A stretch of DNA of 64,000 nt, taken from the NCBI GenBank assembly GCA_964291265.2, contig OZ219747.1, positions 32,001-96,000 of the forward strand, given 5' to 3'. Source of the stretch: Alphaproteobacteria bacterium. Its GTDB lineage: Bacteria > Pseudomonadota > Alphaproteobacteria > SP197. The translations under genes and the position numbers were made by a program. Below, one piece after another: positions 29,175-38,987 of the stretch. Below the pieces are notes generated by a model. The model had not been told where the DNA came from, ran no database searches, and saw only the letters and a list, made by a program, of their open reading frames with translations. How positions within the stretch are numbered: the stretch's first letter is position 1; each line of letters starts with the position of its first letter.

Positions 29175-30511
29175 TGCCCATGCTCAGCCACCGAAGTCCC
29201 GTGACCTTCCGGGACCCGCTCCCTGAACGCGTCGATGTCGTCGTCATCGGCGGTGGCATCGCCGGCATTGCCAGTGCGTGGTTCCTCGCCGAACGCGGCG
29301 ACAGTGTCCTCGTGGTCGAGAAGGGGAGGATTGCCGGTGAGCAGTCGAGCAGGAACTGGGGCTGGGTACGCCAGCAGGGCCGCGATGTCGCGGAACTCCC
29401 GATCATGATGGAGTCGAACCGGATCTGGCGAGGCCTGGCGGCAACCACCGGCAACGAGGAGCTGACGTTCACGCAATCGGCATGTGTCAAGCTGGTGGAG
29501 AACGAAGAGGCGGTCGGAGGCATGGAGGCGTGGCATGCCGTCGCCCGGGAACACCAGCTCGACACGGTCCTCTTCAGCGCCCGCGAGGTCGGGAACCGGT
29601 TTGCGGCCATGGGCGGCCGTTTCGTCGGCGGCATGATGACCGCATCGGACGGCCGTGCCGAACCCGAGCGGGCGGTGCCGGCCTGGGCGCGGGCCCTTCG
29701 GGACCGCGGTGCAGCCGTCATCGAGGAATGCGCGGCACGGGTTCCCGACGTCGCGGGTGGACGCATCGCTGGCGTCGTCACGGAAAGGGGCCGCGTTGCC
29801 TGCGACCGCCTGCTCCTTGCCGGTGGCGCGTGGTCATCTGGATTTGCCGCCAATTGCGGCATCGACCTGGCCCAACTGGTGGTGCGCTCCACGGCGGCGC
29901 GGACCTCTCCTTCGGAGGACATCCTGCCGCTCAACATGTCGGTTCCCGGGCTGGCGACACGGCGACGTGCCGACGGGGGTTACACGGTTTCCACGGGCGA
30001 TATCGCCGAACACTACGTCGGACCGCCCTCCTTCCGGCACGCCATGCGGTTCGTACCCCTGCTGCGCAAGTCCGCCCGCGATGTCAGGTTGCGCACGGCG
30101 GCCCCCGCTGGCTATCCGGGGAGCTGGGGTCTCGCCCGGCGCTGGTCGGCAGACGAGGAGTCTCCCTACGAACGCCAGCGCGTCCTCGATCCACCACCAT
30201 CGCCTCTCGTCATCCGGCGCCTCGAGGAACGCCTGCCGCGGCGGGCGCCTGCCCTTGCAAGGGCAGGACTGGCCGAGGCCTGGGCCGGCATGATCGATGT
30301 CACGCCCGACGCCGTTCCCATTCTCGGGGAACTGCCGGTGCCGGGGCTCTTTGTGGCCACAGGGTTCAGCGGCCACGGATTCGGCATCGGCCCTGCCATC
30401 GGGCGCATCATGGCCGATCTCGTCAGCGGCCGCAGTCCCGGACACGACCTGCACCGCTTCCGCCCGGGACGCTTTGCCGACGGATCAAGGATCGTGCCCG
30501 GACCCTACTGA
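29174..30511 (+). CDS. FAD-dependent oxidoreductase (DAO family)
   Basis: IGGGIAG, EQSSRNWGWVRQQGR, WAGMIDVTPD, GFSGHGFGIGP. Confidence 0.92.
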   Translation: MPMLSHRSPVTFRDPLPERVDVVVIGGGIAGIASAWFLAERGDSVLVVEKGRIAGEQSSRNWGWVRQQGRDVAELPIMMESNRIWRGLAATTGNEELTFTQSACVKLVENEEAVGGMEAWHAVAREHQLDTVLFSAREVGNRFAAMGGRFVGGMMTASDGRAEPERAVPAWARALRDRGAAVIEECAARVPDVAGGRIAGVVTERGRVACDRLLLAGGAWSSGFAANCGIDLAQLVVRSTAARTSPSEDILPLNMSVPGLATRRRADGGYTVSTGDIAEHYVGPPSFRHAMRFVPLLRKSARDVRLRTAAPAGYPGSWGLARRWSADEESPYERQRVLDPPPSPLVIRRLEERLPRRAPALARAGLAEAWAGMIDVTPDAVPILGELPVPGLFVATGFSGHGFGIGPAIGRIMADLVSGRSPGHDLHRFRPGRFADGSRIVPGPY

Positions 30512-30521
30512 GGCAGGATCG

Positions 30522-32021
30522 ATGCGCCCGAACATCCTCTTCCTGTGCACCGACCAGCAGCGTGCCGACAGTCTGGGATGCTATGGCGCGACCAGCGCGT
30601 CCACTCCCCATCTCGATGCCCTGGCGGCACGCGGCCTGCGTTTCGACAACCACCTGACTCCCAACCAGATCTGCTGCCCGAGTCGCGGCACCATGATCAC
30701 GGGGCTCCATCCCCGGCATCACGGCATGACGACCAACGGACGCACTCTCAAGCAGGGGCTCCACTTCCTGCCCGTCCTTCTCGCGGGAGCCGGCTACAGC
30801 ACCCACGCCGTGGGCAAGCTTCACCTGCAGCCGATTCTGGCTCGCGCGGATCGGTGCTTTCCGGAATCGATCGCCTTCTGGACATCGGATGTTCACGCGG
30901 ACTGGACCGGACCCTACTTCGGCTACGGCACGGCGGATTTCGTGATCGGCGAATCCCTGCTCGTCACCGAGGGCGGCCACTACGCCGCCTGGATGAAGGA
31001 GGAGCACCCGCAGGCCGTGCCGCTCTTCCAGCCCGCAGCCGCCCTCGAGGGTCCGCTTGACGATCTTCCGGAGGCCTGGGTTTCGGCGGTGCCTGATGCG
31101 CTTCACTACAACACGTGGATCGCCGACAGGGCGATCGCCTTTCTCGAGCGCGCCCGCCCGCCCTTCATGATGTTCGTCTCCACACCCGATCCCCATCATC
31201 CGTTCAGCCCGCCACGGCCATGGGCGGACCTCCATGAGCCCGGTCCCCTGCCCCGGCACGACCCGGAAGAACTCGAACGGATGCCGGACTACATCCGTCG
31301 GCGTCTTGCGAGCGACTGGATCGACAATGCGGCCGCGCCCGTGGAGCAGGGAGGGATGACTGTCACGTCAGGAATGTCGGATGCCAGCCTCGGCCGGGCG
31401 ATCGGCCTGACGCGGGGCATGGAATCCCAGGTGGATCACGCCTTCGGCCGGATCCTGGCGACGCTCGCCCGCCTCGGCCTTGCCGACGACACGGTGGTCA
31501 TCTTCACCTCGGACCACGGCGAGTTTCTCGGTCACCACGGGCTTCTGCACAAGGGACCGCCGCCCTGGCGCGACCTCACCAGGGTGAGTTTCATCATGGC
31601 GGGGCCGGGCATTCCTGCAGGCGACACCACCGAGGCGCCGTCGAGCCATCTCGACATCATGCCGACACTGCTCGATCTGGCCGGCATCGCCGAGCCGCCC
31701 GGTCTCGACGGAACGTCCCTGAAGCCGCTCTTCGAGGGCCGTTCCATCGACCGCAAGGTGCGTTTCCTCGAGTACCATCCGCGAACCGACCAGCGTCTCT
31801 ACAACCATTCCATCGTCACCGGCGGCCGGCGCCTCACTCTCTATCCCCGGGGCAAGGCCGACTGGGGCGAACTCTTCGATCTCGAGGCCGATCCGGACGA
31901 ACACCACAATCTCTTCCATGACCCTGCCCACCGTATCTGCCGGGATTCCCTTGCCGAAATCCTGACTGCATCCTTTCCGGCCGCTCCCGAGGCCGGCACC
32001 CAACTCATCGCCAAGTGGTAG
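30522..32021 (+). CDS. Sulfatase
   Basis: RPNILFLCTDQQRAD, CCPSRG (CxPxR), GKLHL, PDPHHPF, FTSDHGE. Confidence 0.93.
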   Translation: MRPNILFLCTDQQRADSLGCYGATSASTPHLDALAARGLRFDNHLTPNQICCPSRGTMITGLHPRHHGMTTNGRTLKQGLHFLPVLLAGAGYSTHAVGKLHLQPILARADRCFPESIAFWTSDVHADWTGPYFGYGTADFVIGESLLVTEGGHYAAWMKEEHPQAVPLFQPAAALEGPLDDLPEAWVSAVPDALHYNTWIADRAIAFLERARPPFMMFVSTPDPHHPFSPPRPWADLHEPGPLPRHDPEELERMPDYIRRRLASDWIDNAAAPVEQGGMTVTSGMSDASLGRAIGLTRGMESQVDHAFGRILATLARLGLADDTVVIFTSDHGEFLGHHGLLHKGPPPWRDLTRVSFIMAGPGIPAGDTTEAPSSHLDIMPTLLDLAGIAEPPGLDGTSLKPLFEGRSIDRKVRFLEYHPRTDQRLYNHSIVTGGRRLTLYPRGKADWGELFDLEADPDEHHNLFHDPAHRICRDSLAEILTASFPAAPEAGTQLIAKW

Positions 32022-32402
32022 GGGACCGGCCGGGAAGGCCGTTGATGACCGGTGGAGCCCGCGGCACCCTGTCGACCGGACGGCACGCCGTCCCTCGCCA
32101 CCGAATCCGCTGCTGGCGGAGGGCGATCAGGCATCGGAAGCGCCTGTTCCCGCGTCCGTGCGAAGGTCGAACGCGATGTCGGGGATTCCGGTGACGGGCA
32201 GCACGGTGACCTTCTCGTCGAGCCGGCAACCCTCGTGGCCGGGATAGACGATCCAGAGATGCCGAATCGGCAGGGCGCGCAGCACCGCGTGCATGCTCCC
32301 CGTCATCGCCGGGCGCATCCTGGTCCTTGAATTCCATCCCCCACAAGCGCTCCGCGGGCCTGCCAGACAAGGTCGAGTTCCGCGCCTGTGTGCGTGCGCC
32401 AG

Positions 32403-32531
32403 GTAAGCGTTCGCTCATCAGGGGATGACGGCGCCTGAGAGAGGGCCGAGCGAATACCGGGGCAAGACCGCACGCTTGCGGGTCATCGTGCATGAGGTCT
32501 CCCGGGCGGCCTTCCTGCCAATAGGGCTTCG
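32403..32531 (+). repeat. ~128-bp direct repeat, copy 1 (IS66-like end module)
   Basis: GTAAGCGTTCGCTCATCAGGGGATGAC...CTTCCTGCCAATAGGGCTTCGG, closely matching 33986-34115. Confidence 0.9.
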
Positions 32532-32843
32532 GCAGGCAGCGAAGCGGTCTTGGAGGTATCGAAGGCGGGGACGAGGGCGGGTTGGTGACCTTGAAGTTTG
32601 TTGCCAAAATCGCGGGTGATCACTAGTCTTCTATCAGTTCCACAACCCAGCATAGGGAGGGGCCATAGCTTGGGCTGAGGCCACCCGAGTGAAGTACGGG
32701 GGCATGGCGGCGACCTGAGGAACAAGCGCCATCGAGGTCTTGACGCCTGGCAGGCCTCACCCCGGGTCAGGCGCCGCGATTGCCGCCTTGGTGCTGTTCG
32801 GCGTAGGGTGCCGCCATGACGAACACCTTCCCTCTTCCAGCCC

Positions 32844-33989
32844 GTGAGCACGATGCCCGTTGAAACGCCGGGGTCTCGCTCGGTGAGACTTCCGGTGAAT
32901 CGACACGATACGCTGTTCCGGGCACTGGTCTCCGAACCGTCCCGTGCCGCTTCTCTGCTCACCGACTACTTGCCGCGGAAGGTGGCTGAACTCCTCGATC
33001 CCGAGGCGCCGTTCGAGGCGGTTGGGGAGAGTTTCGTCGACAAGGCCGCCCGTACCACCCAGTGCGATGCGCTGTTCCGGGTGAGATTGAAGGACGGCAA
33101 AGATGCGCGCCTCTACGTGCTGCTCGAACACAAGAGCTACGTCGACGCCGAGACGCCGCTCCAGCTTCTGGGATACATGGTCAACATCTGGCGGCGCGAG
33201 ATCGAGCGGAGCAAGAGCGAGCGGAGCAAGAGCGAGGGCGGCGGGAACGACATCAAGCTGCCGGCGATCATCCCCCTGGTCTTCTATCACGGCCGGGGTC
33301 GCTGGAAGGCGGCGCGCTCGGTGCTGAAGATGATCGACGCGCCCGAGAAGCTGAAGCCGTTCGTCAGGGAGTTCGCCTATGTGGTGCACGACCTCGGGGA
33401 GATGGCGCCGGACCGGCCGTCGACCTCGCCCGAGGTGCGGTCCGCTCTTCTGGCGCTCAGGTTTGCCTTTGCCGAGGAGGTACCGCCCGATCTTCTCGAC
33501 GTGATCATGGACGGGCTGCTTGCAGGGAGCGACTTCGAGCACCATATTGTGCGCTACATGACCGAGCACCAGGGCCTGACGCCGGCCATGCTGGAGGCGT
33601 CTTTGCGCCGGACGAAGCCGGACCATTGGGAGGTGTTGATGGGCACGATCGCACAAACCTGGGTCGAACAGGGAAGATCCGAGGGACTCGAGAGGGGAAG
33701 AGCCGAGGGTATCGAGAGGGGAAGAGCCGAGGGTATCGAGAGAGGACGAGCCGAGGGTATCGAGAGAGGAAGAGCCGAGGGACTCGAGAGGGGACTTGAA
33801 CGAGGCCGGAGTGAGGCCCTCGCGGAACTTCTTCTTCGTCAACTGTCCCTGCGCTTCGGTGATGTGCCGGATGCGGTCCGCGAGCGGGTGCGCGGCGCGT
33901 CGGCCGCCGAACTGGAGGCCTGGGCGGAGGCGGTGCTGGCTGCCCCAAGTCTTGATGATGTGCTGGCCGCCAGGCCCAGGCAGCGGTAA
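32844..33989 (+). CDS. Rpn family (RpnC/YadD) PD-(D/E)XK nuclease with DUF4351-like C-terminus
   Basis: HDTLFR, CDALF, YVLLEHKS, LQLLGYM, PLVFYHG, EGxERGRA repeats, LLLRQLSLRFG; real start may be GTG near 32895. Confidence 0.92.
   Translation: MSTMPVETPGSRSVRLPVNRHDTLFRALVSEPSRAASLLTDYLPRKVAELLDPEAPFEAVGESFVDKAARTTQCDALFRVRLKDGKDARLYVLLEHKSYVDAETPLQLLGYMVNIWRREIERSKSERSKSEGGGNDIKLPAIIPLVFYHGRGRWKAARSVLKMIDAPEKLKPFVREFAYVVHDLGEMAPDRPSTSPEVRSALLALRFAFAEEVPPDLLDVIMDGLLAGSDFEHHIVRYMTEHQGLTPAMLEASLRRTKPDHWEVLMGTIAQTWVEQGRSEGLERGRAEGIERGRAEGIERGRAEGIERGRAEGLERGLERGRSEALAELLLRQLSLRFGDVPDAVRERVRGASAAELEAWAEAVLAAPSLDDVLAARPRQR
33668..33812 (+). repeat. 24-bp coding tandem repeats (EGI/LERGRA) in Rpn
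   Basis: GAGGGTATCGAGAGGGGAAGAGCC-like unit repeated ~5 times. Confidence 0.9.
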
Positions 33990-34115
33990 GCGTTCGCTCA
34001 TGAGGGGATGACAGCGCTTGGGAGAATGCCGAGCGAAAACCGGGGCAAGACCGGACGCTTGCAGGTCATCGTGCTTGAGGTCTCCCGGGCGTCCTTTCCT
34101 GCCAACATGGCTTCG
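33986..34115 (+). repeat. ~128-bp direct repeat, copy 2
   Basis: GTAAGCGTTCGCTCATGAGGGGATGAC...; its TAA (33987-33989) is the Rpn stop codon. Confidence 0.9.
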
Positions 34116-34117
34116 GG

Positions 34118-34252
34118 GTAAGCGTTCGGTCGCGCGGTGATTGTTGGTGATATTCGACCGGTTGAGGATGCTTGCCAGCACTTTCTCAGACGGTTGTCAG
34201 CCAGTCCCAAAATCAACCAAAATCAGCCGTCACCGCACGGCAGAACGCTTAC
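34118..34252. mobile_element. 135-bp MITE with IS66-type TIRs
   Basis: GTAAGCGTTCGGTCGCGCGGTGA vs reverse complement of right end GTAAGCGTTCTGCCGTGCGGTGA (20/23). Confidence 0.85.
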
Positions 34253-34863
34253 TGCGCCAGACGTGTGGACGGGACACGTCCATGAGGCGAATGGCCTGCT
34301 CCATGGCGAAGCCCTCCCATGATGCACCGAGCTTGGGGTGGGACTCCAGCTGCCCGGGTGTGGCCATGGTGTGCAGGGAGTGAAGAAGGCCGCTGTCGCG
34401 GACGCAGAGCCTGGGCGCCTTCAACAAGCCGCTTGCCGACGTTCGCGTACCAAGCCGGCACCAGCCTGATCATGCAGGTCCCGCCCAGAATCTCGAGGTC
34501 GCGGCGGACCGAGTGATCGGAGATGCCGAACGACCGGCCAAGCTCGGAGAAGTTCGGCGCCCGCCCATGATAGTGGCTCACCATCAGCCAGAGGCGCCGC
34601 ACGGTCTTGAGCCGGAACCAAGATGCCAAGGGCCGGAAAGGCGTGCCGGGACAGTCCTGAAGCACCAGCAGTGATCCATGAAACCGTCGCGCAGTGAACC
34701 CGGGTCGCGGTCCTCGTCCTCGGCAGGCCGATGTCCGCGGGCGGGCCACCGGGCTGGAAGCGGATGCAATTCGATCCCTCCGGTTGCCCCTTGATACGGT
34801 GGCGAGCGGCGCATACCGTTCCCTCCGGCAAGGGGAAGCAACGTCGTGAAAACGGAACGGAAC

Positions 34864-35649
34864 ATGGTGGAGCCGGCCGATGGCGGGTCGGCGAACAGCC
34901 GCCCGACGAGAATGGTCGTGTGCGAGGCCACCAAGTTCTATGACACGGACTCCGGTCCCCTGCATGCCCTCGACAGGGTCGGACTCGAGATCGTGGAGGG
35001 CGAATTCATGTGCATCCTCGGACCGTCAGGCTGCGGCAAGACCACCCTGCTGTGGAGCATGGCAGGTCTTCACAGCCTGACTTCGGGGGAGGTCTTTCTC
35101 GACAACGACAGGATCGAGCGGCCCCATCCGGAGATCGCCATGATCTTTCAGGACGCCAACCTCCTTCCGTGGCGCAACGTCATCGACAATGTCCATCTTC
35201 CCTTCGAGATCAAGGGAATCAGGCCGGATCGCGGGAAGATCGACAGGCTTCTCGAGCAGGTCGGTCTGACCGGCTTTGATTCACGGTATCCGCGGGAACT
35301 CTCGGGAGGCATGCAGCAGCGCGCCTCCATCGTTCGCAGCCTTGCAGTCGACCCCTCGGTCCTCCTGATGGACGAACCCTTTGGCGCCCTCGATGCCTTC
35401 ACGCGCGACGAGATGAACCTGCTCATCCAGGACATCTGGATGAGCACCGGCAAGACCATCGCGTTCGTCACGCATTCCATTCCCGAGGCCATCTTCCTTG
35501 CGGACAGGGTCGCCGTGATGTCGGCGCGCCCGGGACGAATCGCCGAGATCTTCACGATCGACATTCCGCGCCCGCGATCAATCGACATCATGACCACGCC
35601 CGGGTTCATCGAACGCGTCCTCGGGATCAAGGCCAGAATCGAAACCTGA
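34864..35649 (+). CDS. ABC transporter ATP-binding protein (NitT/TauT)
   Basis: GPSGCGKT, LSGGMQQR, LLMDEPFGALD, FVTHS. Confidence 0.95.
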   Translation: MVEPADGGSANSRPTRMVVCEATKFYDTDSGPLHALDRVGLEIVEGEFMCILGPSGCGKTTLLWSMAGLHSLTSGEVFLDNDRIERPHPEIAMIFQDANLLPWRNVIDNVHLPFEIKGIRPDRGKIDRLLEQVGLTGFDSRYPRELSGGMQQRASIVRSLAVDPSVLLMDEPFGALDAFTRDEMNLLIQDIWMSTGKTIAFVTHSIPEAIFLADRVAVMSARPGRIAEIFTIDIPRPRSIDIMTTPGFIERVLGIKARIET

Positions 35650-35681
35650 CATGCCCGATGCAGTGGAGAATGGGTGGAGCC

Positions 35682-36533
35682 ATGAGTAGTGCACTCGACA
35701 ACCGGATACCGGAATTCAACAGGAAGCGGGACGGTGAAGACGACATGTCGGGTCTTGGCGGCCTGACCTCCCTGACGGCCGGCCGTGCCCGGACCTTCTT
35801 CGAGGTCGCCGTCATTCTTGTGGTCGCGGTGATCATCGTCGGCGGCGCCGAACTGCTCATCGAGATCTTCGAGGTGCCCCACTACGTGCTCCCTTTGCCG
35901 AGCGAGATCGCCAGCGCACTCGTCACCGAGTGGCATCACATCGCACCGCACCTCGTCGTCACGCTCTACGAACTTGCCGCGGGCTTCGGCATCGGCGCAT
36001 CGATCGGATTCCTGCTGGCGGCTGTCATCACCCAGTTTCCATTTGTCGAGAAGGTCGTCACGCCCTACATCCTGCTGCTCGTGACCACGCCGATGCTGGC
36101 ACTGGTTCCCCTGCTGATCCTGCGCTTCGGTTTCGGCAGTGAGCCCCGCATCATCGCGGTGGCCCTTGCCAGCGGGCCCATGGTGATGATCAATGCGGCC
36201 ACCGGTTTCCGGCGTGTCGATCTCGCCAAGATCGCGCTGGCGCGCTCGTTCGGCGCCAACACCATCCAGATCTTCACCAAGATCCGCATCCCGATGGCCA
36301 TGCCGATGATCATCGTCGGTCTCCTCGTCGGATCGATCTTCGGTCTCCTGACCACGGTTGCCGCCGAAATGGTCGGCGGGGCAGAGGGACTGGGCAGCCG
36401 CCTCACCTACTATTCCTCCATGGTCCGGATGCCGCAGTTCTTCGCCATCATTCTCATGCTCGCCGTGATCGGCATATCGTTCTACGCGTTCTTCTACTGG
36501 GTCGGAAAGCGATTTGCCGGATGGCAGGCATGA
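35682..36533 (+). CDS. ABC transporter permease (NitT/TauT)
   Basis: VLPLPSEI, ARSFGA...KIRIPMAMP, VAAEMVGG..GLG. Confidence 0.93.
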   Translation: MSSALDNRIPEFNRKRDGEDDMSGLGGLTSLTAGRARTFFEVAVILVVAVIIVGGAELLIEIFEVPHYVLPLPSEIASALVTEWHHIAPHLVVTLYELAAGFGIGASIGFLLAAVITQFPFVEKVVTPYILLLVTTPMLALVPLLILRFGFGSEPRIIAVALASGPMVMINAATGFRRVDLAKIALARSFGANTIQIFTKIRIPMAMPMIIVGLLVGSIFGLLTTVAAEMVGGAEGLGSRLTYYSSMVRMPQFFAIILMLAVIGISFYAFFYWVGKRFAGWQA

Positions 36534-36583
36534 AGGCCGACCCAGGATCACCAACCACCATCAAGAGACAAGGAGATGATGTC

Positions 36584-37717
36584 ATGATGAGCACGCTGAA
36601 GTCACCGTTTCGAGTGAGCCGCCGACGGCTTCTCCAGGCTGGCGCCGGAGGCGTTTCCGCCGCCGTTCTGGCCGGCCTCCCGGTCGAGGCCGCGGCAGGG
36701 GATTCGGTGCGCTGGGTCTCGCCGCGGGGCACCGTCGAGGTTCTCGACGACTATCCCTACTGGGTCGCCCTGCGACACGGGTACTTCGGTGACATCGACA
36801 CCACCCTCGAACCCGGGCCTTCGGATGCAACCGCAACGGTGAAGCTCGTCGACCAGGGTCAGGCCGACATGGGCTATCCCTCTCCCGGCGTGTTTTCGCT
36901 CGGCCTGGCACAGGGCATTCCCCTGGTCTCGGTCTTCCACATGGGCGGCGCCGATGTCTTCGACTTTGCTTTCCGCAAGGGTGAAAGACCGGCGGATATC
37001 CGTGAACTCGAAGGCAAGACCGTGCTCCTCGGAAGCGCTGGCTGGCAATCCATCTGCGACCCCATGCTCAAGGCGGCAGGCGTCGACATCACCAAGGTCA
37101 CCTATGTCGCTGCCGGCTGGCCCCAGTGGGGCACGACACTGGCCCAGGGACAGGGTGACGCGGCGCTGGCCTGGGAAGGCCTGCGGGCTCAGTGGAAAGG
37201 CCAGGGACTCGATTTCGACTACTTCATCGGCAGGCACTTCTCTGAGCTTCCGGCGAACAGTTTCGTCATCCGCAAGAGCGATTTCGACGATGCGGCCACG
37301 CACGATCTCTATACCCGCTATCTGAGAGCCTGGGCCATGGGTCTCGAGTTCGGCCGGGCCAATCCACGGGCGGCAACCCAGATCGTCATGGAGCAGTTCC
37401 CCGGGCTCGACAGCCAGATGACCCCCGCCGTGGCAACGGAATCGATGATGCAGCTTGCAGCCGTTTTCGCGGGACGCTGGGACGAGCGCCAGGCCTGGGG
37501 TCACCACCTCGACTCGAGCTGGCAGCTGTTCTTCGATGTCGGCCGGGACATCGGCCAGATCGAGGGTGACATCGTCCTGGACGACGTCATCAGCAACGAC
37601 TTTGTTGCCAGCGCCAACGATTTCGACATGAATGCGGTCAAGGCCGACGCGGAAGGGTTCGCCCTCTCCGAGGCCTACCGGTCCGTCGATGTCGAGGCGA
37701 TCGCCGACCTGATCTGA
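36584..37717 (+). CDS. ABC substrate-binding protein (NMT1/THI5-like), Tat signal
   Basis: SRRRLLQ twin-arginine signal; YWVALRHGYF, ELEGKTV; AGGAGA RBS upstream. Confidence 0.88.
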   Translation: MMSTLKSPFRVSRRRLLQAGAGGVSAAVLAGLPVEAAAGDSVRWVSPRGTVEVLDDYPYWVALRHGYFGDIDTTLEPGPSDATATVKLVDQGQADMGYPSPGVFSLGLAQGIPLVSVFHMGGADVFDFAFRKGERPADIRELEGKTVLLGSAGWQSICDPMLKAAGVDITKVTYVAAGWPQWGTTLAQGQGDAALAWEGLRAQWKGQGLDFDYFIGRHFSELPANSFVIRKSDFDDAATHDLYTRYLRAWAMGLEFGRANPRAATQIVMEQFPGLDSQMTPAVATESMMQLAAVFAGRWDERQAWGHHLDSSWQLFFDVGRDIGQIEGDIVLDDVISNDFVASANDFDMNAVKADAEGFALSEAYRSVDVEAIADLI

Positions 37718-37808
37718 CAGTGCCTGGCGGGGGTGGCGGCATGACGCGTGCCGCCACCCCCGCAGGAAGCGCTGCCGGCAGGCCAATTGGAGAACCGGAC
37801 ACGTGGGA

Positions 37809-38987
37809 ATGCGCCAGCGGTCCATGTTCGCCTATGCCTGGGACATTGCGGAATGCGGTGTCGGCCGCTCGGTCGACGAGTTCCTCGATCTCGGACTCAA
37901 TGCCGTCACCATGGCGGCGAGCTACCATGCCGGAAAGTTCCTGAGACCGCGCGGCCACGGAAAGATCTGTTTTCCCGAGGACGGCACCATCTACTTCCGC
38001 CACGACCCCGATCGCTACGGCGCCATCAGGCCCCTGCGCAACACCCTTCTCGATGAACGCGATGTTCTCCGCGAGATCTGCGACAGCGATGCCATCGAGG
38101 TCAACGCATGGCTGGTGCTTCTTCACAACACGCGGCTTGGCAGCCTTCATCCGCAAGCGTGCGTCGAGAACGCTTTCGGCGATCGCCTGATCTACAGCCT
38201 GTGCCCGTCCTCCCCTGACGCCCGGGCCTATGCATGCGCCCTGGCCGCGGACGTCAGCCACGCCTACCCCGTGAAAGGGCTGTCGCTCGAGACACCGGGC
38301 TTTCTCCCGCCTGTGCACGGCTATCACCACGAGTTCGGCCTCGTCCGACCCAACGCCTGGCTCGACAACCTCCTCGGACTGTGTTTCTGCCCCCACTGCC
38401 TTGAACGCGCCGGCGCGGCCGGACTTGACGGCCACCGTCTGCGCGGGCGGGTGGCACGTGACGTCGAGGCCTATCTCGCGGGCCATGTCGATCATCCCGA
38501 AGACATGGCCGAAGCATTCTGGCTTGCCGATGTGGCGACCGATCGCGAGTTCGTCGCCTATCTTGGCGTACGCTGCGACACGGTCTCCTCGCTTGTGGCA
38601 GAGCTGCGCGATGCCATCCGGAACGATGTCACCCTTGCGGTGATTCCCTCGGTTGCGAGACCGACGGCCCAGGCATGGTACGAGGGCAGCGATCTTGGCG
38701 CACTCGCCCGTACGGCCGGTTGCGTGGAAGCCTGTTTCTACGAGCCTTCGATCGATCGCATTGCTGCCGACCTTGCCGATGTCGGTCGCCGCATTGCCGG
38801 GGCCGGGACCTTGCGCGGCGTGCTGCGCCCTGCGTGGCCCGATCTCGAGACACCGGACGCCCTGCGGGACGCGGTCCGACTGCTCGAGAGTGCGGGCGTA
38901 GACGGCATTTCCTTCTACAACTGGGGGTTCCTGAGGCCGCGGAATCTTGATTTCCTGCGCCAGGCCCTGACCGGGGAAGGCCCGTGA
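37809..38987 (+). CDS. Hypothetical protein, probable TIM-barrel/glycoside-hydrolase-like fold
   Basis: FAYAWD, AASYH, AWLVLLHN, LCPSSP, GYHHE, CFCPHC, GISFYNWG; within the ABC operon. Confidence 0.7.
   Translation: MRQRSMFAYAWDIAECGVGRSVDEFLDLGLNAVTMAASYHAGKFLRPRGHGKICFPEDGTIYFRHDPDRYGAIRPLRNTLLDERDVLREICDSDAIEVNAWLVLLHNTRLGSLHPQACVENAFGDRLIYSLCPSSPDARAYACALAADVSHAYPVKGLSLETPGFLPPVHGYHHEFGLVRPNAWLDNLLGLCFCPHCLERAGAAGLDGHRLRGRVARDVEAYLAGHVDHPEDMAEAFWLADVATDREFVAYLGVRCDTVSSLVAELRDAIRNDVTLAVIPSVARPTAQAWYEGSDLGALARTAGCVEACFYEPSIDRIAADLADVGRRIAGAGTLRGVLRPAWPDLETPDALRDAVRLLESAGVDGISFYNWGFLRPRNLDFLRQALTGEGP

Larger units (their letters stand above)
32403..34252. mobile_element. Non-autonomous unit with IS66-type ends carrying an Rpn gene
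   Basis: Begins GTAAGCGTTC, ends GAACGCTTAC; 8-bp TSD TGCGCCAG at 32395-32402 and 34253-34260; no IS66 transposase inside. Confidence 0.88.
32127..34700 (-). pseudogene. AAA_14/DUF4143 ATP-binding protein remnant, frameshifted and split by an insertion
   Basis: RRLWLMVSHYHG...GKRLV / KAPRLCVRDSGLLH...LGASWEGF...HVW on the right; WRTHTGAELDLV...MEFK...LWIVYPG on the left of the insertion. Confidence 0.8.

Noticed and set aside
33668-33812. Regular repeats as a possible CRISPR array
   Set aside because: Contiguous in-frame 24-bp coding repeats with no spacers; no cas genes in the window
32844-33989. Rpn as the transposase that made the 32403-34252 insertion
   Set aside because: GTAA ends and an 8-bp TSD match IS66-type DDE chemistry; Rpn is better read as cargo
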